In this document: in pieces, positions 37,119 to 48,235 of the stretch
Layout of the letters: each line of letters opens with the position of its first letter
Position numbering within the stretch: the stretch's first letter is position 1
NCBI GenBank assembly: GCA_963770385.1
Contig: CAVYPJ010000001.1
Coordinates: 1,168,750-1,232,749 of the forward strand
DNA: 64,000 nucleotides
Direction of reading: 5' to 3'
Origin: an uncultured Alphaproteobacteria bacterium
GTDB taxonomy: Bacteria; Pseudomonadota; Alphaproteobacteria; Rhizobiales; Xanthobacteraceae
Translations under genes and position numbers: made by a program
The notes under the pieces: model-generated
What the model saw: the letters and a program-made list of their open reading frames with translations, nothing else
What the model was told of the DNA's origin: nothing
The model's database searches: none

Positions 37119-37880
37119 ATGATTGCAGCAGATTTGCACAGCGGCGTGGAATTGCTCGGCGAGATGATCGCCGAATCTTCCAGCATCGTTCCCTTCACGG
37201 GTGCCGGCATATCGACCGAGTGTGGAATTCCGGATTTTCGGTCTCCCGGCGGACTGTGGACCCGCAATCGTCCCATTCCCTTCGACGAATTCGTCGCCAG
37301 CCAGGACGCCCGTGACGAGTCATGGCGGCGGCGCTTCGCGATGGAGCCGACCTTTGCGGCGGCGAAACCGGGGCGAGGTCATCGCGCGCTTGCCTCGCTC
37401 TATCGTGCCGGCAAGGTGCCCGCGATCATCACGCAGAACATCGACAATCTGCATCAGGCATCGGGTTTCGCGTCCGACCACGTCGTCGAACTTCACGGCA
37501 ACACGACCTATGCCCGCTGCATCGGATGCGGGCAGACCTATGATCTTTCATGGGTCAAGCAACGCTTCGATGAGAAGGGCGCGGCGCCTGATTGCACGGT
37601 GTGCGACGAGCCGGTGAAGACCGCTACGATATCATTCGGGCAGGCGATGCCGGAAGATGCCATGCAGCGTGCGACCGAACTCACGCAGCACTGCGATTTG
37701 TTTCTCGCGATCGGATCGTCGCTGGTGGTATGGCCGGCGGCAGGATTTCCGATGATGGCCAAGAATTGCGGCGCGCGTCTTGTGATCATCAATCGCGAGC
37801 CGACCGAGCAGGATGATCTCGCAGATCTCGTGATGCGGTACGATATTGGGGAAACGCTCGGCCCATTCGTCGGGAATTGA
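37119..37880 (+). CDS. cobB: Sir2 family NAD-dependent deacylase
   Basis: TGAGISTECGIPDFR, TQNIDNLH, ELHG, CxxC pairs, GSSLVVWPAA. Confidence 0.93.
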   Translation: MIAADLHSGVELLGEMIAESSSIVPFTGAGISTECGIPDFRSPGGLWTRNRPIPFDEFVASQDARDESWRRRFAMEPTFAAAKPGRGHRALASLYRAGKVPAIITQNIDNLHQASGFASDHVVELHGNTTYARCIGCGQTYDLSWVKQRFDEKGAAPDCTVCDEPVKTATISFGQAMPEDAMQRATELTQHCDLFLAIGSSLVVWPAAGFPMMAKNCGARLVIINREPTEQDDLADLVMRYDIGETLGPFVGN

Positions 37881-38085
37881 CATGCACAACTGATTCGCGC
37901 ATGTGCAAGCTGTTCATGATTCCGGCAATTTTGTTTTTTTTTGTATGCGAATGGGGCGGGAGTGTTATCTTTTGATTCGAGAGATTCGCTTTCGCTCCAT
38001 CTTAAGTAGTCAGTGTTGTGCGAATGCGTTTGGGCACCGTCACAGGGATGGGTGGGCCACAAATTGATGTGTGAGGTCCGTGATT

Positions 38086-38748
38086 ATGGGGTCGGACGGG
38101 TTTGAGTCCAAAAAGCTAGGGGGACCGGCACCAATCGGGACCTCGCCGAGCCGAATAGGCACAAGCGATTATACGGTCAGCGCGCCGCGCGATCCGGTTA
38201 TCGACGCGATTTCGGGTCTTGGGGACACCGCCAATCTCGTCGAGATTTCCGGGGTCATCAAATGGTTCGACGCATCGAAAGGCTACGGCTTCATCGTGCC
38301 GGACAATGGATGGCCGGACGTGCTTCTGCACGTTACCGTGCTTAGGCGCGATGGCTACCAGACTGCGTATGAAGGCGCACGGCTCGTCTGCGAATGCGTG
38401 CAGCGCGCCAAAGGCTATCAGGCCTTCCGCATCCTCTCGATGGATGAATCCACAGCGATCCATCCGGCGCAGATGTTGCCGCCGCGTACGCATGTCACGG
38501 TTACGCCGACCAGCGGGCTGGAGCGAGCACAGGTCAAATGGTTCAACCGGCTGCGCGGCTTCGGCTTCCTGACCTGCGGTGAGGGGACGCCTGATATCTT
38601 CGTGCACATGGAGACCTTGCGCCGCTTCGGCATGACCGAGCTGCGTCCGGGCCAATATGTGCTCGTGAGATTTGGGCCAGGCTCCAAGGGCATGATGGCG
38701 GCCGAGATCCATCCGGAAACCGGTTCGCCTGGGCTCTCCTCGCACTAA
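38086..38748 (+). CDS. Cold-shock protein with two CSD domains
   Basis: IKWFDASKGYGFI..DVLLH and VKWFNRLRGFGFL..DIFVH. Confidence 0.92.
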   Translation: MGSDGFESKKLGGPAPIGTSPSRIGTSDYTVSAPRDPVIDAISGLGDTANLVEISGVIKWFDASKGYGFIVPDNGWPDVLLHVTVLRRDGYQTAYEGARLVCECVQRAKGYQAFRILSMDESTAIHPAQMLPPRTHVTVTPTSGLERAQVKWFNRLRGFGFLTCGEGTPDIFVHMETLRRFGMTELRPGQYVLVRFGPGSKGMMAAEIHPETGSPGLSSH

Positions 38749-38893
38749 GCCGGTGCCGCGCCACCTGGGGCCCAGTTGATCGGCTTCACGATGTCCTCGC
38801 CGCTTGGCGAGGGCCGAAAGGCGGGTTTTGCCTCGCCACCGCGCCTTGCTGCGGGCGCCCTGAGCGTGTATCGACATCACCATCCTGGGATAT

Positions 38894-38970
38894 CGGGGTA
38901 TAGCGCAGCCTGGTAGCGCGGCAGTTTTGGGTACTGCAGGTCGTTGGTTCGAATCCAGCTGCCCCGACCA
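38894..38970 (+). tRNA. tRNA-Pro (anticodon TGG)
   Basis: CGGGGTA acceptor stem, GCAGT-TTTGGGT-ACTGC anticodon arm, GGTTCGAATCC, encoded CCA. Confidence 0.97.
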
Positions 38971-40072
38971 TTGAAATCAATAACTTAGCTCGAAAATTCG
39001 TCTTCCAATCTTCCCGGTTTTCCGATTGGGAAGACCGTGGGAAGACGAAAAACTTTCTGATGCGCCCGGCAATGACTGACGATGATATCGCACGCCGCAA
39101 AAAATCTGGCGTTCGAGCAAGCGGAAGGGATTCATCCACTTCCATCGCAATTGCAGCGCCGAAGTAACTCCTGAGCTACGTGCGTTGCTATGGCGAGACA
39201 TCCGCAGCCCACTCATCGCCAATCGTCGAATGATCCTGGGCTATCGCCATGCCATCCCGAATGCAAAGCACATGACCAAAGCAATGGGATTTGAGGTCAT
39301 TTGCCGCCCATCTCGGTCGTGACGGACGAAAGTTGCGCGCATCACTCAGTACGCACAACCCCATTCGTGGAGCGGTCAGCGTATCACCGCTGCCGGTTAG
39401 GGTCGCTGGTGCTTCAGTGGAGAAAAATGAGGCAGGCAAACTGTTAGTTTATATTTTGTCATATTTTAAGTCTAAAGTAATTGGCGTGGGTTTGGGGCGT
39501 GATCCTTGGCGGGTGACGCCATGCGTGCTCGTAACGGAAGAGACCGGAGAGCCTGGAAAGGGCGTTACTTTCTACGCGACCTGGCCGGCTTTGCCGCCAT
39601 TGAACGCTTGCTCGCCAACGATGTCGGTGGCGAGCGGCTCCCCCCTGACGTTGTCGATCCAGATCCGCCCCCCGACGTCATTGCGCCAGACGAAGACGAG
39701 GCCGAGTGAGCGCGACCATGCCGGAGAATAAGCCGTCTGCTGGCTTCGGCATCGAAAAGAAAATCCCGCGCGCCCCAAGGGAAAGAGATCGGGCGGGGCT
39801 TGAGGCGTTGAACAGGGCGGTTGCGCCACGTCTCGAGAAGATCAGCCAGGACGTGCTGCGGGGTGATCTCGGTCATCCGCGAGTTGGTCGAGATCGGGGG
39901 CTGAAGGCTGCGAAGCAGCGATGTTCGGCGATATCGGCGCCTTGGCAAAATGTACCGCTGTTGGCAGGTGCACTCTGCTTTCCGGTCATAGAACAAATCC
40001 AGCGCTTGGGGACCGCTTGTATGGAGAAGCGCGGGACCGGAGCCCCGCGCCAATTCGCCAATTCAACGAAGA

Positions 40073-40203
40073 CTAAAGCATGATCCGGAAAAGTGTATAG
40101 CAGTTTTCCCTCGCGACAAACGCGAAACGCGTTTGCGCGGAGACCATGCTCAATCAAAGAGCTAAAGCGCGATGATGTTCAACCTGATCTCACCACGCTT
40201 TAG
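40073..40203. repeat. Intergenic mosaic palindromic element (inverted copy of 883-954 with extension)
   Basis: GCATGATCCGGAAAAG...CGCGACAAACGCGAAACGCGTTTGCGCGGAGACCATGC. Confidence 0.8.
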
Positions 40204-40382
40204 TGAGAGCTGAACTCTCGCCTGGGTGCTTTAGCGTGCTTTCCAGCCTCATCGGAAATGGTGGTTGCCTCCTGTGGAGCGATCGTGCCCGCAGTGACTT
40301 GACGGACCACGTCTGCCTCCAGCGCTGCCAATTCCGACAAAGACATTTTTTCAATGTCCGCTACCGGATCATCCTTCCCCAT
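40200..40382 (-). CDS. Possible small hypothetical protein (MGKDDPVADIEKMSLSEL...)
   Basis: Helical composition; overlaps the end of the upstream ORF; its 3' end runs into the repeat. Confidence 0.35.
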   Translation of the reverse strand: MGKDDPVADIEKMSLSELAALEADVVRQVTAGTIAPQEATTISDEAGKHAKAPRREFSSH

Positions 40383-40551
40383 TTGGTGGTTCCTTTTGCG
40401 TTTCCACACCTGTTCGGCCGATCTCAATGCCGGCATCAATCAGGCGTTGAAGGACGATCTCAGCCACTTCAGGCGGATTTGTGATCGTCGCCGGAAAGTC
40501 CTCGCTGTCGAAGCGATCAGCGAGGACGTGCTGCGCTGCGAGTTCGCTCAT
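40369..40551 (-). CDS. Small hypothetical protein (MSELAAQHVLADRFD...)
   Basis: Protein-like composition; shares QHVLAD with a degraded ORF starting at 39876. Confidence 0.45.
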   Translation of the reverse strand: MSELAAQHVLADRFDSEDFPATITNPPEVAEIVLQRLIDAGIEIGRTGVETQKEPPNGEG

Positions 40552-40945
40552 GGCTTGCTCTCGGCCAATTGCAAAGCATCGCGGAAACGACCTCGCACCG
40601 CGGCCGGCGCGGAACCTGCCGACCGTCGATCTCTTCGACAGCCGCGTTAGCGGCGATCATTGCCGAAAATGAAAATGATCCACCGCCAGTAGACAGGCAC
40701 GGGCGGCGCAGCAGAAAAATCCCCGCCCTATCGATCGGAATCATAGGGCAGGGTTATCTGGAGTCGTTAGAGAGAGGTGGTAAGCGCCCGTCGTGACGGG
40801 CCCATCAACGCTGCACCGCCAAGCTTACACAGACCTTACAACGCAATCGATTCCATCAGGAATCCTGCTCGTGTGATCCAATTCACGTATGATACCCTCT
40901 GCCGAAGATACAACATGTCACCAGCGCTCGACATGGAGGGTTGCG

Positions 40946-41104
40946 ATGACTGCGATCGCCCGGGCATTTCTCCGCGCATCGAAGATCCTAAGTCAAACGG
41001 ATACAGAAACACTGAAGACCATCGCGATCTTTTGTGGCGTTGGTCTTCTTCTGTCTCTCCTTCTCGTCCTCCGCGGCGTTGATCTCAGTCCTGGATTTTT
41101 TTGA
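40946..41104 (+). CDS. Small single-TM protein (…LKTIAIFCGVGLLLSLL…DLSPGFF)
   Basis: GGAGG RBS; pattern typical of small rhizobial membrane proteins. Confidence 0.7.
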   Translation: MTAIARAFLRASKILSQTDTETLKTIAIFCGVGLLLSLLLVLRGVDLSPGFF

Positions 41105-41183
41105 TCGACGCTCGCAGATGGAAACCGACGCTCCAAAGCGCGATGGCATTCGGTTGAATAGTCATCGCGCTTTAATGTGCGAG

Positions 41184-41528
41184 CTACGCCTTCACATAGA
41201 CCCAGGCGCTCTTTCCTGACTTCAGCGCGACCTCGATCCGCTTGTAGTCCGACACTTCGTATTTGTCGGCCGCCGCGAGTTCGGCCTCGGTGATCGCGAA
41301 AAGCGTGCCCGCAACCTCATCAGCCGGGTCGCCGGTCTCAACGACGATCGGATGGAATTTCAGGCCGCTCGTCGCCACGACATCGGGATCGGTGATTTCG
41401 AGCATGACGATTTTATAGCCGGGCAAGGTGTCTGGTTGGCCCGCGAGAAGCCGGCCGAACGATGCCATCTGTACCTCGGCCTGACGAAGCGTTCCGTAAG
41501 AGAAGAGCGAAACTGTCGCGTGATCCAT
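41184..41528 (-). CDS. Gamma-glutamylcyclotransferase (AIG2-like) protein
   Basis: LFSYGTL, LAAADKYE..YKR, AWVY. Confidence 0.88.
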   Translation of the reverse strand: MDHATVSLFSYGTLRQAEVQMASFGRLLAGQPDTLPGYKIVMLEITDPDVVATSGLKFHPIVVETGDPADEVAGTLFAITEAELAAADKYEVSDYKRIEVALKSGKSAWVYVKA

Positions 41529-41783
41529 CGTCCGTCACCGTCCTTGCAGCGTCTTGTCGTCGAGATGCGTCGACCCATTGCGTCGCATCTCGCACGCGCG
41601 GTCAAGCGCGGGCGGATCGAGCCGCCGCATCAACGAATCGCTTCCGCGCTTCCGAATGTGCTTGAGATCGCCTGCTCCTTCGCTCTGCTCGCACGGATCT
41701 AGCGGTATTCGCTTCTCGCGTGGCGCCGGCGTCCGCGTCGTTCACAGGATTTCAGGAGCGATATGAGGAGCACCCGGCAGCAA

Positions 41784-41799
41784 TTAACCGAACATTAAC
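41784..41799 (+). promoter_or_regulatory. Perfect CtrA box TTAA-N7-TTAAC
   Basis: TTAACCGAACATTAAC upstream of a hypothetical gene. Confidence 0.65.
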
Positions 41800-41868
41800 C
41801 ATGACTGAATCAGGGTGACATCGGGCACTGGGGGCGCGTTAGCCGGCTTATTTTGCCGGCCCAAAGCG

Positions 41869-42306
41869 ATGGTGTTCATTATGGCTTTAGATCCCAACGA
41901 AGTGGTGACCCTGACCAACCATGGCACGATGCCGCTGCACTTGGCTGTCGAGAGGGCGATGATGCTGCCTTCCCCGCAGCGCGGCAATGCTTCGATTCTC
42001 AGGGGCAGCGAGCCTTCACTCCTCGATTTTCAGCTCATCAGGCACCTTGCGACGCGATGGGACGGCACGCCGCGTCCGCTCGACGATGCGGAAATGGCCA
42101 CCGGCGCGTTCTATCTGAAACAAGCGGGGATGATGATCTCGCTTCCGACTGAGGACCGATCCACGGCCTCTGCTGACTTCGGAAGCGAGGATCCATCTCC
42201 GCATGTGGTGGGACCACACAGCGGCGAGATCGCGGGCGGCGTACCGCGCTTTCGCCAGTTTTCGACGTGGACCACCTTGGGCGACGTCTTCTGCTGTTCG
42301 CCATGA
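41869..42306 (+). CDS. Hypothetical protein
   Basis: Open frame with protein-like N-terminal half; start could be 41815 or 41881. Confidence 0.5.
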   Translation: MVFIMALDPNEVVTLTNHGTMPLHLAVERAMMLPSPQRGNASILRGSEPSLLDFQLIRHLATRWDGTPRPLDDAEMATGAFYLKQAGMMISLPTEDRSTASADFGSEDPSPHVVGPHSGEIAGGVPRFRQFSTWTTLGDVFCCSP

Positions 42307-42357
42307 CAAGTGGTCAAGGCGACCGGTCGATCGTGAAAGCGCGGACGATCGCGCCTT

Positions 42358-43780
42358 TCACACGAACGAAATCGCCTCGGCGCTTTCCAGGATGCGCTTG
42401 AGTTCGGACAGTGCGTTGTCGAGGATGTCGTCGCTTGCGGGATGACCGAGGCACAGGCGGATGCCGAGCGTGCCCCGGTCGACCTGCTGCAATGCGCCGG
42501 GCGGCGCGATTGTGATGCCGGCTTGCGCGGCCTGCGTCACCAAAGCGATCAGCGTGCGGCCGGCCGGAATCGGCAGCCAGCGGTGAAATCCCGCCGTGCC
42601 CGGCATTGGCGTCAACCAGGTGCCGAGCAGGCGATCGGCGATTGCATTGCGCCGCGCGGCGGCGGCGCGCTTCAGATGCACTTGGCGCATCAAGTCGCCG
42701 CTGTGCAGCAGTCGCGCGACCACTTCGGCCATGATCGGTGAGGCCATCCAGCCGGTCGCGCGTACCGCGTTGATGGAGCGGTCGCGGAATTGCTCCGGCA
42801 CGATCATCGCACCGATCCGCAATCCCGGTGCGAGGCATTTCGCGAAGCTCGTGACGTAGAAGCTGCGATCCGGAATAAGCGCCGATACCGGCGTGGGCGG
42901 CGTGGCGAACAGAAAGGCGTAGACGTCGTCTTCGAGCAGATAAGCGTCGTGCCTGGCGACGACGTCTGCGATCTCCTGTCGCCGTTCTGGCGTCATCACC
43001 GTACCTGTCGGCGTCTGCAGGCTCGGGGTCGCGAACAGCACGCGCGCGCCGGTATCGGAGAATGCGCGGTCGAGCGCGTCGGGGAGAAGACCATCCGTGT
43101 CGCCGTCGACACCGTGGAGCCGGTATCCGTTCTGCGCCGACAGCGCGATCATACCGGAATAGGTGAAGCGCTCGGTGAGCACCATCGCCTTCGGCTGCCG
43201 CCACCATGTTCAGCGCGATCGACAGCGCGTGCTGGCCGCCATGGGTAATGAAGAGGTTGGCGACGTCGACCTTGATCCCGAAGGCGCGGAGCCAGTCCGC
43301 CACGATCTCGCGATGCGAGGGCAGGCCCTGATGCGGCAGATAGCCGAGCAGGGGGCTCAAGGCGCCGTCGGCCAATATCTCCGACAGAACCGACGCGATC
43401 AACTCGTCCTCGTCCGTCGCGGGCGGGACGTTGAGCGCGAGATTGATTGTTGATTGCGCGCTGCCTGTCGTGTTGGCGGGCGGCCGCGGGCGCTGCACGA
43501 AGGTGCCGCGGCCGACTTCGCCGGAGATCAGGCCGCGTGCCTCGGCTTCCGCATAGGCGCGCGATACCGTGCCGACGCTCAGGCCCAGCTGATTGGCCAT
43601 GTCGCGCTGAGGCAGCAGCCGCGTGCCGGGCTTCAGCACGCCGGTCCGCACATCATTCTCCAGCGCCTGGACGAAGGCGAGGTAGCGCGGCCCCTCGGTG
43701 TCGGCCAGGACAGGAAACCAATCATCGGAAGCGGTGATTTGCGACACGGGACGCGGGCTCTTCGGTTGTTCCGGCGTCAA
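42358..43780 (-). pseudogene. MocR/GabR family regulator (GntR wHTH plus PLP aminotransferase domain), frameshift near 43190
   Basis: PQRDMANQLGLSVGTVSRAY..GEVGRGTFV; the second frame has TPSLQTPTG, EDDVY and SFAKCLAPGLRIG (PLP Lys). Confidence 0.88.
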
Positions 43781-43997
43781 TTAGTACAATTTGAGAATTG
43801 ATGCAATATGTGACAGATGAATCCGTCCCTCGCTTCGACTGATTTCGCAGGTGGGAAGCAAAAATGATCGTGATTTCGTGTGTTTTAGCCCGCGAGCGAC
43901 CGATTGTTACAGTTCATTCAGGCAATCAAGATCGATTGAACTATTATAAGTTTGACATTTGTCATCCCTTGCTTTTTATCGTCCGAGCAAGGGAGCG

Positions 43998-44327
43998 ATG
44001 CGCGTGATCTACGAAATCCGAATTTACGAAGCCGTCGATGGCAAGGCCGACGCCATGAAGGCGCGGTTCAAGAACGAAGTCGTCAAACGATTTCCGGCTC
44101 ATGGCATCGAGTTGCTGGGCGTCTTTGAATCGGAAGCCGAGCAATCGCGGTTGACCTATCTCACGCGATTCAAATCCGAGGACGATCGCGGCAAGGCTTG
44201 GGCCGCCTTCGGTGCCGATCCGGACTGGCGCGCGGTGAAGGCCGCGACCGAAGTGGACGGGCCGCTGCTGAAGAGCCAGACGGTATCGGTGCTGTCGCCG
44301 GCGGTCGCCGGTCTGCTGCTCGGATAG
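43998..44327 (+). CDS. NIPSNAP family protein
   Basis: IYEIRIYEA, KAWAAFGADPDW. Confidence 0.85.
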   Translation: MRVIYEIRIYEAVDGKADAMKARFKNEVVKRFPAHGIELLGVFESEAEQSRLTYLTRFKSEDDRGKAWAAFGADPDWRAVKAATEVDGPLLKSQTVSVLSPAVAGLLLG

Positions 44328-44346
44328 CGGCCTCGAGAGATCGTAT

Positions 44347-45227
44347 ATGAAGCCCGCGCCCTTCGACTATGTCAGGCCCGCCTCGCTCGCTGAAGCCTGC
44401 GAGGTACTGGCGGGTGACGAAGATGCGCGCATCATTGCGGGCGGCCAGACTCTCATTCCGATGCTGGCGATGCGACTGGCCCGTCCCGCCGGCTTGTCGA
44501 CATTCTGCGCCTCAATGAATTGCGTGGCATCCGTTCGGATGACGACGCCATCGTCATCGGCGCGGTGACGCGTCAAGTCGAGGTCGAGCGCAGCGAGATC
44601 GTTCGGCGGGGGCTACCGCTGTTGCTCAAGGCGTTGCCCTGGGTGGGGCATCCGCCGACGCGCAACCGTGGCACGGTCGGCGGCTCGATTGCCAATGCCG
44701 ATCCGTCGGCGGAAATTCCGCTGGTCGCGGTGACGCTGGGCGCCGAGATCGAAATCGCCAATCCCTCCGGTCGCATGGGCATGCCGGCCGACGAGTTCTT
44801 CATCGGGCCGATGCTGACATCGGTGATGCCCGGTGATTGCGTCACCGCGATCCGCTTTCCTGTCTGGGCGCATCCGCGCGTCGGAACCGGCTTTCACGAG
44901 GTCAGCGCGAGGCAATCGGATTTCGCGTTCGTGGCAGCCGCCGCGCAGGTTGCGATCGATGATGCAGGGCGATGCATCGACGCAACGCTCGGGATCGGCG
45001 GCGTCGGCGACCGCGCGCTGCGGATCGACGTCACGGCTTTGGTCGGCAAGGAGGTTGCCCAGGTCTCCATTTCGGATGTCGTCCGTGCCGGGACTGCGGA
45101 TCTCGAAGCGAGCTCCGACCTGCATGCGACGGCGGATTATCGCCGCCGCGTCGCGGCTGTGCTGGGAGCACGTGCGCTGGAGGATGCCTTCGCGGACGCG
45201 CGAAGCGGCAACGGGGCCGTCCAATGA
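44347..45227 (+). pseudogene. FAD-binding medium subunit of a molybdenum hydroxylase (CoxM/CutM-like), frameshift near 44490
   Basis: MKPAPFDYVRP, IAGGQTLIP; continues in another frame with TRNRGTVGGSIANADPSAE; adding one C in CCCGCCGGCTT restores RPARLVD. Confidence 0.88.
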
Positions 45228-45808
45228 AGGTGAAACTCAACGTCAACGGGCGCGTGCGGGAGGCCGATGTCGAGCCGCGCAAGACGCTGCTCGATACGCT
45301 GCGCGAGGATCTCATGCTGGTCGGTAGCCATGCCGGCTGCGAGCACGGCGTGTGCGGCGCCTGTACCGTACTGATCGACGGCGAGCCGTCCCGGGCCTGC
45401 CTGATGTTCGCCGTGCAGGCCGACGGCTACGAGATCACGACCATCGAGGGTCTCGCGGCGGCGCCGGGCGAATTGAGCATCGTGCAGGATGCGTTTTGCG
45501 AGACCCATGGCTTGCAGTGCGGCTATTGCACGCCGGGAATGATCCTGACCGCGCATGCTTTGCTGACGCGAAACGATGCGCCGTCACGCGACGATATCGT
45601 AGAGGCGATCTCGGGCAATATCTGCCGTTGCACCGGCTATGGGCAGATCGTCGAGGCGGTCGAATTCGCCGCCGATCGGCTGCGCAAGACCAACGCGCCG
45701 CGCGAACCGCAGCGAGCGCCGGCCGACGAGGTCGGGAACGCCGATGCATCTGAAAAGGGTGTCCTGGAAGGTGCTCCCATCCATGGACCAGGTGGAGGCC
45801 GCTCGTGA
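45224..45808 (+). CDS. (2Fe-2S) small subunit of a molybdenum hydroxylase (CoxS-like)
   Basis: GCEHGVCGAC, QCGYCTPG, NICRCTGY. Confidence 0.93.
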   Translation: MKVKLNVNGRVREADVEPRKTLLDTLREDLMLVGSHAGCEHGVCGACTVLIDGEPSRACLMFAVQADGYEITTIEGLAAAPGELSIVQDAFCETHGLQCGYCTPGMILTAHALLTRNDAPSRDDIVEAISGNICRCTGYGQIVEAVEFAADRLRKTNAPREPQRAPADEVGNADASEKGVLEGAPIHGPGGGRS

Positions 45809-48209
45809 GCCCGACGACGCCTCTGAAATTCGTCTCCTCCAATCGCAGGGTGCGCGAAGATCGTCGCTTCGTCGCGGGTCACGGCCGTTTTGTCGCGGAT
45901 ATCGCGTTGGAAGACCTGCTGCATGTCGCGCTGGTGCCCTCGCAGCATCCGGCGGCGCGGATTGTTTCGATCAATGCGATCGAGGCGATGAAGATGCCAG
46001 GCGTCCATTACGTGCTGACCGGCGAGGAACTCGTCAACGCGACCGAACCGCTGATGAACGGGCTGGATACGCCGCATGTGCGGCGGTTTCCGCTCGCCGT
46101 CGGGCAGGTGCGCTATGCCGGCGAATGGGTGGTCGCGGTCGCAGCCGAGACCCGCGCGCAGGCCGAGGACGCGGCGGAGAAGGTGCGGATCGAATACGAG
46201 CCGCTGCCTTACGTGATCGATTCCGAGGAGGCGCTCGACCCGTCAAGCCCGCCGGTCCACGCCGCGCACGGCAGCAACCTGCTGCTCGACAAGACCTTCG
46301 TCTGGGGTGAGGTCGAGAAGCACTTTGCCGAAAGCCCGCGGCATTTGTCGTTCCGCGTGGTCTGGGGCCGCAGCTCGACGGTGCCGATCGAGACCTTCGG
46401 CGTCGCCGCCAAGTGGGATCCGTGGCGGGAGATGCTCGACGTCTGGGCCTCGATCCAGATGCCGAAATATTCCGACCAGATCGCGCGCTCGCTGCGCATC
46501 CCCCTGAATTGTGTGCGGGTGCATCAGGACGTCGATGTCGGCGGCAGCTATGGCGTCAAGCGCGGCATCAAGCAGACCGTGATCGTCGCGCATCTGGCGC
46601 GCCTGCTTGGCCGGCCGGTCCGCCTGATCGAGGATCGCCTCGACAACATGCGGGCAGGCGACGCGCATGGGCCGGACCGGATTTTCGACGTCGAGGTCGC
46701 CTTCAACGACGACGGCATCGTCAAGTCGATGAAGATGCGCGCGCTCGACAATGTCGGCGCCTATGCCGGCCGTTCGCCGTTCCAGCTCGGCAAGCCGATC
46801 GGCGCCATCGTCGGCCCCTACAAGATCGAGAGCGTGCAATATCGCGCCGTCGCGGTGACCTCGAACAAGGCGGCGCAGGAAGCGGTGCGCGGCTTCGGCC
46901 AGGCGCCGACCAATTATGCAATCGAGACCGCGATCGACAAGGTCGCCGCCGCGGTCGGGCTCGATCGCATCGAAGTGCGCCGCCGCAACTTCATCCGCAG
47001 CGACGAGTTTCCCTATCTCATTCCGAGCGGCACCCGCTACGACAGCGGCGACTACCACACGGTTGTCGCGAAGGTGCTCAAGCATGCCGACTATGAAGCG
47101 CTGGTGCGGGAGCGCGACGCGTTGCGCGCGGCCGGCCAATGCGCCGGCATCGGCATCGCGGCCTGCCTCGAACCGAGCGGCGGCAACTCCTCGTTCGAAC
47201 CGCTGCTCAACGAGAAGAACACCACCACGACCTGGATGGACTCCTGCCGTATCAATGTCGACGGCCTCGGCTTTGTGACCGCGACCATCCACACGACGTC
47301 GTCGGGGCAGGGCCATGAGACGCTCGCCGCGACCGTGATCGGCGAGGTACTCGAAATTGATCCGGATCATGATCCGGATCGTGCGCCCGGACACGCTGAG
47401 CAGCCTGCCGTCGAACTCGCCGGTCGGAAGCCGCATGGCGATCATGCTGGGTGGCGCCGCCTTCCATGCCGCGCAGAAGCTGAAAGCCAAGATCGTGCGG
47501 CTCGCCGCGCATCAGTTCGGATGCGCCGAGAACGACGTCAGCTATGAGAGCGGCACCGTCTCGCATGCCGCCTCGAAGAAGAAGCTGACCTGGGTCGAGC
47601 ACGTCACCATCGCGCACCGCAATTTCCATCTCTTGCCCGAAGGCATGGAGCCCGGGCTCGAGGTCACGCATGTGATGCAGGTGCCGACCGGCACCAAACT
47701 GCCGGAGAACGGCCGGGTGCAGATGTATCCGTGCCATTCCTTCGAGTTTCACCTGGTGCTGATCAGCGTTCGATCCCGAGATCGGCAAGCCGCATATCCG
47801 CCGCTACGTGATCGGCCATGATTGCGGGACCGTCATCAACCCGCACATCGTCAAGGGCATGACGCTCGGCGGCATCGCGCACGGCATCGGCGCCGCGCTT
47901 TTGGAAGAGTTCGTCTATGACAGCGAAGGCCAGATGCTGACGCAGAGCTTCATGGACTATCTGTTGCCGTCGTCGCACGAAGTGCCGCATGTCGAGATCG
48001 TGCATCATTGCACGCCGTCGCCGTTCACGGTGTTCGGCCAGAAAGGATCGGGCGAGAGCGGCTATCTGGGATCGCCAGCAGCGATCTCCGGCGCCATCAA
48101 CGACGCGGTCTCGTCGCTCGGAATTTCCTTTGCCAAGCTTCCGATCCGGATTGCGGCGATCAGCGATGCCATCGCGGCCGCCAAGGAAGCGAAGAAGCAA
48201 GCAAAGTAG
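45805..48209 (+). pseudogene. Molybdopterin-binding large subunit (xanthine oxidase family), two +1 frameshifts near 47360 and 47770
   Basis: VGGSYGVK, AVRGFG, SSGQGHET, QTLGG-like MTLGGIAHGIG, KGSGESG; three consecutive frames. Confidence 0.88.
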
Positions 48210-48235
48210 GAAGCGAAGGAAGAAAGGGTCTTAAA

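Noticed and set aside
38971-39900. Intact integrase or prophage after tRNA-Pro
   Set aside because: No tyrosine- or serine-recombinase motifs, phage genes or duplicated tRNA 3' end were found.
47340-47790. Programmed ribosomal frameshifting in the Mo subunit or the other split genes
   Set aside because: No slippery heptamer or stimulatory structure is evident; single-base indels explain the breaks.
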